Shown here: in pieces, positions 55,323 through 62,599 of the stretch
Position numbering within the stretch: position 1 is the stretch's first letter
Layout: every line of letters starts with the position of its first letter
Assembly (NCBI GenBank): GCA_028868905.1
Contig: JAGWTQ010000001.1
Span: 684-64,683, forward strand
DNA from: Betaproteobacteria bacterium
GTDB taxonomy: Bacteria; Pseudomonadota; Gammaproteobacteria; Burkholderiales; Ferrovaceae
Length of the DNA stretch: 64,000 nucleotides
Direction: 5' to 3'
Program-made: the position numbers and the translations under genes
Notes under the pieces: model-generated
Databases searched by the model: none
Seen by the model: the letters and a program-made list of their open reading frames with translations, nothing else
Told to the model about the DNA's origin: nothing

Positions 55323-55937
55323 CTACTTGGCGGCAGCCACCATGTAATCCACCGCTGCCTTGACATCCGCATCGGACAAGGAGGGATTGCCTCCCTTGGC
55401 CGGCATGGCATTTTTTCCATGCAAGGCGCTGCGGTAGAGGGCATCCATGCCTTGGGCAATCCGGGGGGCCCAGGCCGCCTTGTCGCCAAAACGCGGGGCT
55501 CCCATGGCGCCGATGCTGTGGCAGCCGGTGCACAGCGAATGGTAGGTGCTTTCGCCAGCCTTTGAAGCTGCCGGCGCAGCCGCCGCCACCGTTGCAGGCG
55601 CTGCCGGCCGGGCTGCCTCAGAAACGGGCGATGCCGGGGCTGCCGCGCCGGATTGTGCCGGCACTGCTGCCGCCACCGTCGGCACCGGGGCCGTGCGGGG
55701 AGGGGCTGCGGCTATCGACACTTCGCCCACAGGCTTGATGCGATCTTCCACCGCCCGGGCCGTTGCCGCATCCTGTGGCGCTGCTGCCGCCTCGTGCTTC
55801 GTGGCCAGCATGCTGCGCAAGCCCGCAATCACAGCAATCGTTGCGACCAGAAACAGCAGCCATTTGCTGACCGATGCCTTGTTACCCGTGTTATTGGTTG
55901 TCATGGACGGTTCTCTACCAGAATTTGGATGGGACAT
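55323..55937 (-). CDS. Membrane-anchored monohaem cytochrome c5-type protein with long Ala/Pro linker
   Basis: TM helix (WLLFLVATIAVIAGL), a roughly 100-aa Ala/Pro-rich spacer, and CTGCHSIGAMGAPRFGD...AMPAKGG (CXXCH plus Met ligand). Start is either ATG 55937 (possible leaderless start, TATAAT 7 nt upstream) or ATG 55904. Confidence 0.8.
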   Translation of the reverse strand: MSHPNSGREPSMTTNNTGNKASVSKWLLFLVATIAVIAGLRSMLATKHEAAAAPQDAATARAVEDRIKPVGEVSIAAAPPRTAPVPTVAAAVPAQSGAAAPASPVSEAARPAAPATVAAAAPAASKAGESTYHSLCTGCHSIGAMGAPRFGDKAAWAPRIAQGMDALYRSALHGKNAMPAKGGNPSLSDADVKAAVDYMVAAAK

Positions 55938-56025
55938 TGCCGAAATTATACCTCGGCCGCCGTTCTGGCTGTGTTCAGGTAAACTGGACGCAACCCCCCA
56001 ATTTTGCTAGAGTTTCAGGTCCCGT

Positions 56026-56102
56026 GCGCCCGTAGCTCAGTTGGATAGAGTGTTGGTTTCCGAAGCCAAAGGTCACAGGTTCGATTCCTGTCGGGCGCGC
56101 CA
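56026..56102 (+). tRNA. tRNA-Arg (anticodon CCG)
   Basis: Hand-folded cloverleaf: acceptor GCGCCCG/CGGGCGC, D arm GCTC-AGTTGGATA-GAGT, anticodon arm TTGGT-TTCCGAA-GCCAA, T arm ACAGG-TTCGATT-CCTGT, discriminator G, encoded CCA. Confidence 0.9.
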
Positions 56103-56144
56103 CTTTCCTCAGGGTATCTTCCGAAAGCTTCCGCAACGCCGGAG

Positions 56145-57179
56145 TCAGTTCGTGTTCAGCACCGCGCCAACGGGCTGGCGCCCCCTGACACGGTAGAAGT
56201 AATAACCGGTTGCCAGAAAAGACGCGAACACCATCGCAGCAAACACCAGGCTGCTGAGAGCCAGTTGCATCCCGCCTGAAATGATGTGCCCTGACGTACA
56301 GCCACCGGCCGTGCGCGCACCGAACAACAGAAAAAACCCTCCGACGAACGCCCAGAAAAAACGCTTTCCGGATGAACTGCCGTGGTAGCGGACCCACAAA
56401 TCGGGCACGCTGGAAAGCTGGAAACGGCGTCCGGCAAGGGCAAAGGCAAACCCGGCCAGCAAGGCGCCGAAAAGGAACAACAGTTCCCAGGAACCTGCCG
56501 ACTCAATTTTCTGCCAGTAGGCTGCCCCTTCCATGCCAGTCAACACCATGGCTGCGAACGGAAATGCGGACGAAGCACCGATGGGGCGCCCCGTTGCCCA
56601 CGAGGTCGTAAGCAGGGCATTGAGCAGCGCCAAACCAACCGCCGCGTAGAGCCAGCGCCAACCCTGTCGCTGCAGTCGCTGCAAAAAGAGCGCAATGCCC
56701 ATGAACAGCAGGGCAAGCGCGGTGCTGATCACGCCATAAAGATCCGGGTTGTGAACCAGATGACGCACGGAAATTTTTCCCAGATCGGGCCCGAGCAGCG
56801 GCGCGAGCCAAGGATAAACCCCTGCGAAAACGAGCGACCCGCAGAGTCCGCCTATCACGCCGACAAAGGCGTCCAGACGCCCCTGACCGAGGGAAATCAC
56901 CACGGTTCCGGGACAGTAGCCCAAGAGGGCCATGCCCACACCAAAAATAAGCCCCCCGGCAATCACGCCCGTCAGCAGAAAGGGCTTGACGTGGTAGTCC
57001 ACCCAGCCCAGCTGCATTTCCGCCTGGAACAGGAGAATGCCCAGACCGATGGTGAAGGCGATGGTCTTGGCGATGCTGAAATCCTTCAGCACCGCCATGC
57101 CTGCAATCGTGTCAAAGCAGTTCAGGCGCGCGAACTGAAGGATGGCCCCGAACAGGAATCCCCACAAGACCAGCTCCAT
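56145..57179 (-). CDS. YeeE/YedE-family inner-membrane sulfur-compound (thiosulfate-type) transporter, two-domain form
   Basis: 344 aa, polytopic, with internal duplication and conserved Cys motifs (LLGYCPGT, RTAGGCTSGH). GGGAGG SD upstream. Confidence 0.85.
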   Translation of the reverse strand: MELVLWGFLFGAILQFARLNCFDTIAGMAVLKDFSIAKTIAFTIGLGILLFQAEMQLGWVDYHVKPFLLTGVIAGGLIFGVGMALLGYCPGTVVISLGQGRLDAFVGVIGGLCGSLVFAGVYPWLAPLLGPDLGKISVRHLVHNPDLYGVISTALALLFMGIALFLQRLQRQGWRWLYAAVGLALLNALLTTSWATGRPIGASSAFPFAAMVLTGMEGAAYWQKIESAGSWELLFLFGALLAGFAFALAGRRFQLSSVPDLWVRYHGSSSGKRFFWAFVGGFFLLFGARTAGGCTSGHIISGGMQLALSSLVFAAMVFASFLATGYYFYRVRGRQPVGAVLNTN

Positions 57180-57194
57180 GTTGCACCTCCCGAA

Positions 57195-57707
57195 TCAGTT
57201 CGTGGGATCGGCCACGAAATGCTTGTGAGCCTGGAGATAAGCCACTTCGGCAAACCCTGAGGGCACGATATCGGCTTCGGAAACGTTGTACAGCTTGTGG
57301 AAATCAAGGCCCTGTTCACGCAGCGTGTTGTCACAAACGGCGAACTTGACTCCTTTCGCGCGCAACGCATCCAGCTGCTTCTGAACCTTTTCTTCAGGGT
57401 TCTTGAGCAATGTGATGCCTTTGGCATAGATCACCACAACCACATGCATGTCGCCCTTCCAGGTTTCCACAGCCTTCAGGCCGTTGGCGATGTTGCGCAG
57501 TTTCTTGCCCTGAACGCCTTTGTCATCGGTGGTCAAGGGCACCACGATGTTCATCTGTCCGAATGACTCATGATGAATCTTTGGCTGGACATATTCGCTT
57601 TTTGCTTCGGCAGCCGTCGGAGCGTCCGCCGCAAAAATGCTGTGGGACATCATCACGGCGATTGCCGCGGCAGAAGTCATCAATGCCAGTTTTTGTCGAA
57701 GTGCCAT
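57195..57707 (-). CDS. Exported DsrE/DsrF-like (COG1416-type) protein
   Basis: Sec signal (AAAIAVMMSHSIFA-AD), then MNIVVPL...HVVVVIYAKGITLL...GVKFAVCDNTL, resembling the DsrE-like fold with its conserved Cys. GAGGAGAA SD upstream of ATG 57707. Confidence 0.6.
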   Translation of the reverse strand: MALRQKLALMTSAAAIAVMMSHSIFAADAPTAAEAKSEYVQPKIHHESFGQMNIVVPLTTDDKGVQGKKLRNIANGLKAVETWKGDMHVVVVIYAKGITLLKNPEEKVQKQLDALRAKGVKFAVCDNTLREQGLDFHKLYNVSEADIVPSGFAEVAYLQAHKHFVADPTN

Positions 57708-57756
57708 GGTGATTTTCTCCTCGTGGGTGTCTTTTGAATGAATGTGCACAGTGCTT

Positions 57757-58791
57757 CTACTTGGCCTTGCTTCCGGAATAAGACTTGAATCCGTAGCGTT
57801 TGAAAATGTCCTGGGCCTCCGGCGAAGTCAGGAACTCGACCCACTGCTTAGCCGCTTCGGGATGCGGAGCCCCCTTGACCACTGCGGCCCCATAGGTGCC
57901 CGTGGCATTCTGCTCGTCAGGAATGGCAACATGGCTGATCGGATTTCCGATCATCTCCTGAAACGCCGCTTCCGACTGCCAAGTCACGCCGGCCTGCGCC
58001 TTTCCCTGCATCAGGTACATGGGCGACTGGCGATGATGGATGTGGGTGAGGATGGTTTCCCCGTTCTTTACCTTGGTTTCGTACACCGCACGCACCAAGG
58101 CTTCGCCGCCCGCCTTGGCCAGACTCTCCTTGATTTGTCGGCCCACGCCCTCAAAGGCTGGATTGGGCATGACGAGTCGAACACCCGGCTTGCCCAGATC
58201 GTTCAGGCTGGTGATGCGGGCTGGATTGCCTTTGGGAACCATGATGGTGAGGGTATTGGTGGCATAGGGCACGGCCGTCCCCGTGGCCAGCCCCTCCTTG
58301 ATGGTGCTTTCCACCCGTCGCAACCCGCCTGCATACACATCGGCATGGACGGTCCAGGTCATATTGCCGACCGTGATCGTGCCGCCGTTGCGCAACTGCT
58401 CAACCAGCAGGCCGGGCGGCAGCGTTTCGTAGTAGATCTTTCCCTTCAGTGCGGGATGTGCTTGCTCAAACGCATGCACCAGCGGCGCCATCACGAAAAA
58501 GTAATTGCCTCCGACAAAGATGGACAATTCCGAGTTGACGGGATTTCCATGCAAATCCGGCAGGTTATCCACTTCCGGCACCGTAAATTCCAGCCCCCTC
58601 GATTGAACGGGGTTATTTGCACCGTTGCTCCAGGGCGGGTAAACACCCGGGGGCTGACTGGCTGAGCCCGAAGTCCCGGCTGCCGCGGTTCCTGCCAGGC
58701 ATTGAGCCATCAGGCCCACCAGCAAACCAGTCTTGAGGGCCATCCGCCGGGTGCCGGGCGCCGCCTTGATCCAACGTGAAATTGAAACCAT
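57757..58791 (-). CDS. Orphan periplasmic solute-binding protein (ModA/sulfate-binding-like PBP2 fold) with twin-arginine-type signal
   Basis: T-R-R-M-A-L-K followed by a mildly hydrophobic h-region and AAA. The mature part resembles SBP_bac_11/ModA-like proteins. No permease or ATPase genes are adjacent. Start is ATG 58791 (GGAG 6 nt upstream) or 58803. Confidence 0.7.
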   Translation of the reverse strand: MVSISRWIKAAPGTRRMALKTGLLVGLMAQCLAGTAAAGTSGSASQPPGVYPPWSNGANNPVQSRGLEFTVPEVDNLPDLHGNPVNSELSIFVGGNYFFVMAPLVHAFEQAHPALKGKIYYETLPPGLLVEQLRNGGTITVGNMTWTVHADVYAGGLRRVESTIKEGLATGTAVPYATNTLTIMVPKGNPARITSLNDLGKPGVRLVMPNPAFEGVGRQIKESLAKAGGEALVRAVYETKVKNGETILTHIHHRQSPMYLMQGKAQAGVTWQSEAAFQEMIGNPISHVAIPDEQNATGTYGAAVVKGAPHPEAAKQWVEFLTSPEAQDIFKRYGFKSYSGSKAK

Positions 58792-58818
58792 GCGTGACTC
58801 CATTTCCTAAAAGATTAA

Positions 58819-60852
58819 TCAGTACCGGGCATCAGCCGGCTTGCCGCCTTTGGGCCAGTCTTTCTTCTTGTCCACAAAATCCGGGCGAGGCTTGTGCGTG
58901 AAGTACTGCGCCACATCCACTGCTTCCTGGTCTGTCAGGCCACCCTGGCCCAGCGGGAATGCCGGGCTGGCCGATATGGGCATGTTGTGCTTGACGAACG
59001 CGGCCGCCGTGTAAGTGCGTGCCATGCCGGCGCCGATGTTGAAAGACTGCTTGCCCCACAAGGGCGGAAACACGAAGCTGCCATCCTTGCGCTGCAGCCC
59101 TTCGCCATTGTCGCCGTGGCACAAGGCACACTGTCCCTCATACACCTTCTTGCCATTGGCTGCGTCGGGAACGATGTTGTGATCCATTTTCCCGACCCCG
59201 CGCCCCGGTATCGGCTGGCCTGCCTTGACGTCCACTTTCATGGTGTCCATGAAAGCCACCATGGCCAGCATTTCCCTGGAACCCTTGTCCAGCACCTTCC
59301 CGTTCATGGAACGCCGCATGCAGCCGTTCAGGCGATCCGTGATGTCGATGATTCTTCCCGAACGGGGACGGTAAGTGGGAAACAGCGCTGCCACGCCAGG
59401 GTAGGGGGCTGCATGCCCCACCGTTCCGCCATTCAGGTGACAGCTCGTGCATTCGAGAACGTCGCCCACGTGTTGCGGCATCAGCTCCTTGCTGTCCATC
59501 ATCAGCCGCATGCCGTAAACCAGTTGTTCCGCGTTCGGCATGGCCAGAAAGTCTGCAAAGCGGGGCAGTGCCGATTTCGACATTTCCTCAGGCCTGACAC
59601 CGACCGCTTCGCGTACCTTCCTGACGTCTGCTGCAGTCACGGGCAGACCGTGATTCCCCCATTGGGCACGTACGAACGAAATGATCTCGGCCAATTCCTG
59701 GTCGTTCAGGCGGCCGTAGCCCGGCATGTAAAACCCGTGCCGGGCGCCTGCCGTTTCAGGCGATTTCCAGCCGCTCAGGACCACATGGATGACTGAAGTG
59801 GGATCTTTCGATTGCACGGACGAATTGTTGGCAAGGGGCGGAAAAAATTTCTCCACGCCGCGCCCGTCGTACTGGTGACAGGTCGAACAGAACTGCACGT
59901 ATCCAAGTCCGCCGCGGGTTTTGTACAAATCGCTTTCATGCACCCTGGCCACTTCGTGGGGCATGACGGCACGGGTTTCTTCATTGGAGGACAAGGAACT
60001 CAGGTATTCCCCGATGGCTGCCAGGTCGCTGTCAGTAAAATGCTGGGAACTGTGATTGACGACTTCCGTCATGCTTCCATAGGCCGTGGCATAGCCGTTG
60101 TGGCCGGTTTTCAGGAACTGGGCGAAGGCCTCGGCCGGCCACCCGTTGTGCAAACTGACGGCATGCCAGTTGTCCACGGTGGATCCGGTCAGAAAACTCA
60201 CCCCGCTTTCGCCCTGGTCGCTTTGCGCCTTCTCCTGCATGCCGATGCCGCGGGGCGAATGACAGGCACCGCAGTGTCCCAGGCTCTGAACGATGTAGGC
60301 GCCACGATTCCATTGTGGTGATTTGCCGGCGTCGGGCATGAAGGGAGTGTCTTTCAGGAAGGCGATATTCCAGAACTTGAGGCCAAATCGCATGCTGAAG
60401 GGCCACTGCATGTGATTTTCCTTGTTGGCCTGCACCACCGGCTGCACCCCTTTCATCAGGTAGGCGTAAAGGGCGCGCATGTCCTGCGGGCTGATTTTGG
60501 CAAAGGAGGGATAGGGCATGACGGGATACAGGTTTTCCCCGTCGGCTGCCACGCCCTGGCGCATGACGCGGTCGAATGCTTCAAACGAATAACCACCAAT
60601 GCCGGTACGGGCATCGGGCGTGATGTTGGTGGAATGGATCGTTCCGAACGGCGTGTCCATTTCCAACCCGCCAGCCAATGGCTTCCCGCCTTTGGCGGTA
60701 TGGCAGGCCGCACAGTCGCCCAGATGCGCAAGATATTCTCCACGCTTGACCTGGTCATCACCCGGTTCGCTGGCGGCAGCATGAAGTGCTGGCGCAAAAG
60801 CAGACAGAAGCAGTGCAGCCGTTGCGGCCGCTGCCGTATATTCCCCCCTCAC
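58819..60852 (-). CDS. Periplasmic pentahaem c-type cytochrome: N-terminal trihaem (alcohol/gluconate-dehydrogenase cytochrome subunit-like) module fused to a C-terminal TsdA-like dihaem module
   Basis: GTG start with GGGGGAGA SD and a signal peptide. Five CXXCH motifs at C47, C194, C322, C468 and C575. The C-terminal 240 aa carry TsdA-like blocks (FPTYRPRSGR, RLNGCMRRSMNG, FPPLWGKQSFNIGAGM, AAAFVKHNMP, LTDQEAVDVAQYF). Confidence 0.85.
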   Translation of the reverse strand: MRGEYTAAAATAALLLSAFAPALHAAASEPGDDQVKRGEYLAHLGDCAACHTAKGGKPLAGGLEMDTPFGTIHSTNITPDARTGIGGYSFEAFDRVMRQGVAADGENLYPVMPYPSFAKISPQDMRALYAYLMKGVQPVVQANKENHMQWPFSMRFGLKFWNIAFLKDTPFMPDAGKSPQWNRGAYIVQSLGHCGACHSPRGIGMQEKAQSDQGESGVSFLTGSTVDNWHAVSLHNGWPAEAFAQFLKTGHNGYATAYGSMTEVVNHSSQHFTDSDLAAIGEYLSSLSSNEETRAVMPHEVARVHESDLYKTRGGLGYVQFCSTCHQYDGRGVEKFFPPLANNSSVQSKDPTSVIHVVLSGWKSPETAGARHGFYMPGYGRLNDQELAEIISFVRAQWGNHGLPVTAADVRKVREAVGVRPEEMSKSALPRFADFLAMPNAEQLVYGMRLMMDSKELMPQHVGDVLECTSCHLNGGTVGHAAPYPGVAALFPTYRPRSGRIIDITDRLNGCMRRSMNGKVLDKGSREMLAMVAFMDTMKVDVKAGQPIPGRGVGKMDHNIVPDAANGKKVYEGQCALCHGDNGEGLQRKDGSFVFPPLWGKQSFNIGAGMARTYTAAAFVKHNMPISASPAFPLGQGGLTDQEAVDVAQYFTHKPRPDFVDKKKDWPKGGKPADARY

Positions 60853-60880
60853 GATCTCCCCCTGCGGTATATAACTTTAT

Positions 60881-60896
60881 AGAATAAGCATATTCT
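60881..60896. promoter_or_regulatory. Inverted repeat in the AT-rich region upstream of the cytochrome operon (candidate operator)
   Basis: AGAATA-AGCA-TATTCT. It sits about 15 nt upstream of a TATATA/TTATAT -10-like element on the minus strand. Confidence 0.3.
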
Positions 60897-61032
60897 TTAA
60901 ATAAATATCACATTTTGCCGAAGGATACATCACTAAATGTAAGTACCCCTCAGAACGTGCCACAGCGCGCCGGATTGCGGCACACTACCGGGACATGACC
61001 CCAGCCCCTGCAGCCGCCGACGTTCAACGCAC

Positions 61033-62565
61033 ATGAAACGACTGATCTTTTCCCTGCTGCTGGTTTGCGGCAGTGCTTTCTGCAGCCCCCTTCCGCCTTC
61101 CACGTCCCTGTCTGCCAGTGATCTCAGGACGCACTGGCTCAGGCAGCTTCCAGAAGACCAGCAGGCCCTGATCGGCCCCCCCCGGTGCGGCGTCCGGGTT
61201 GCCAAATTTGAGTACGATACGGTGGGCGGAGAAAACGAACCCACCAATGCCTCGGGAGCCCTCATGATTCCCGACGGACCTCAAGCACGTTGCCACGGCC
61301 TCCGACCCATCGTGCTTTACGCGCACGGAACGGCCATCGACCGGGCAGCCGACCTATCGGCCATCCAGGATCCGAAGAATTCGGCTTACCCTCTCGCCCA
61401 ACGCCTGGCCCTGCTGTTTGCAGCCCAGGGATTCATCGTCATCGCACCCAATTACGCGGGTTACGATGTTTCCAGCCTGCCCTATGCCCCGTACCTGAAC
61501 GAAAAGCAGCAAGCGCAGGACATGCTCGATGGCCTCGCTGCGGGACGCAGGCTGCTGGCGCAGATCACCCGCCGGGTAGGCGACAACGGAAAATTGTTTG
61601 TCACCGGCTATTCCCAGGGCGGTTATGTAGCCATGGCCACGCTCAAGGCACTCGATGCGCAGGGAAGGCCGGCCACGGCAGGAGCTCCGCTGTCCGGCCC
61701 GTATGCACTGGCGGCCGCGGGCGATGAAGTGTTTCTGGGGCACCCCAACTTTGGCGCTTCGGTCTATCTGTCCATGATCGCCAATTCCTACGCCCATTTG
61801 CCGCATGGTTCCATCCGGCTGGAAGACATTTTCAACCCCAGTTATGCCGATGCCCCCCGGCTATTTCCTGGCAACGTCAACAAGGACACGTTCAAAACGC
61901 TGGTTCAGGACGGGAAAATCCCCCTTGCAGCCATTTTCCAGTCACCACCCACAGGCTATGCCAATCTCGACGCACTGCATGAAGGGCTTCTCAACGCCGC
62001 CTGGCTTGACCCGTCGAACTATCTCATCACCAGCGCCTATCGCTCCGCCTATGTGGAGGACATCACGGCCCACCCCGACGGCGCAGCCCCCAAGGACGGC
62101 TCCCAGCCGGACTTTTCGAAAAACCTGCCCAACCTGCCGGCCCATCCCGGCAACCTGCTGCGACTTGCCCTGAAGAACAACGACCTGCGCGATTATGAGC
62201 CCTCCATGCCCTTGTTCCTGTGCGGTGCGCATCGCGACCCTGAAGTGTTCTGGAGCCAAGGTGCAGCCGCCATGAAAGCCATGCTGGAAAGCAAGGTCAA
62301 AACCCTTCCTTCAATGCGCTTTGCCGTCCTTGATCTCGACACCCAAGGACATTCCGCGCTGTTTTCTGATCATGGCCTTTCCTCGCGCCAGCGCAGCATC
62401 CTGAGCAAAACGGCCAGCGCCGTGCAAAAAAACTTCGTCGCACATCAGTACCGCAACGCATTGGACCAGGTATTTACGCTGCTCAGCCTGGATGGATACC
62501 ATGCGGCGGAAGAGCCTTATTGCGCCGTGGCTGCACGGACATTCTTCGGTTTGTTTTCGCGATAG
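61033..62565 (+). CDS. Secreted alpha/beta-fold hydrolase (secretory-lipase-like)
   Basis: Signal peptide MKRLIFSLLLVCGSAFC and the nucleophile elbow GYSQGG. The size and layout resemble LIP-type lipases. Confidence 0.6.
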   Translation: MKRLIFSLLLVCGSAFCSPLPPSTSLSASDLRTHWLRQLPEDQQALIGPPRCGVRVAKFEYDTVGGENEPTNASGALMIPDGPQARCHGLRPIVLYAHGTAIDRAADLSAIQDPKNSAYPLAQRLALLFAAQGFIVIAPNYAGYDVSSLPYAPYLNEKQQAQDMLDGLAAGRRLLAQITRRVGDNGKLFVTGYSQGGYVAMATLKALDAQGRPATAGAPLSGPYALAAAGDEVFLGHPNFGASVYLSMIANSYAHLPHGSIRLEDIFNPSYADAPRLFPGNVNKDTFKTLVQDGKIPLAAIFQSPPTGYANLDALHEGLLNAAWLDPSNYLITSAYRSAYVEDITAHPDGAAPKDGSQPDFSKNLPNLPAHPGNLLRLALKNNDLRDYEPSMPLFLCGAHRDPEVFWSQGAAAMKAMLESKVKTLPSMRFAVLDLDTQGHSALFSDHGLSSRQRSILSKTASAVQKNFVAHQYRNALDQVFTLLSLDGYHAAEEPYCAVAARTFFGLFSR

Positions 62566-62581
62566 CCGTACCTGATCATGC

Positions 62582-62599
62582 ATTTCATCACCCTGTCAT
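62582..62599 (+). promoter_or_regulatory. Candidate Pho box upstream of the phosphoesterase gene
   Basis: ATTTCAT-CACC-CTGTCAT compared with the consensus CTGTCAT-AWAW-CTGTCAY. It is followed after 10 nt by CATAGT (62610-62615) and lies about 90 nt before the ATG at 62687. Confidence 0.45.

Noticed and set aside
55560-55860. GC-rich repetitive DNA (GCN/CCN runs) that might be mistaken for a tandem repeat or array. The same type occurs at 18544-18654 and 9900-10100.
   Set aside because: All three tracts lie in-frame inside CDSs and encode Ala/Pro-rich linkers. They have no regular unit length, no spacers and no flanking cas-like genes.
55975-56397. 140-aa minus-strand ORF spanning the tRNA
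   Set aside because: It overlaps tRNA-Arg and the 3' end of the YeeE gene in another frame, and it has no motifs.
60940-60990. GGCAC-containing stretches upstream of the lipase-like gene as a sigma54 promoter
   Set aside because: No GC dinucleotide lies at the required -12 spacing on either strand (TGGCAC-GTTCT-GAGGG on the minus strand, GGCAC-ACTACC-GGGAC on the plus strand).
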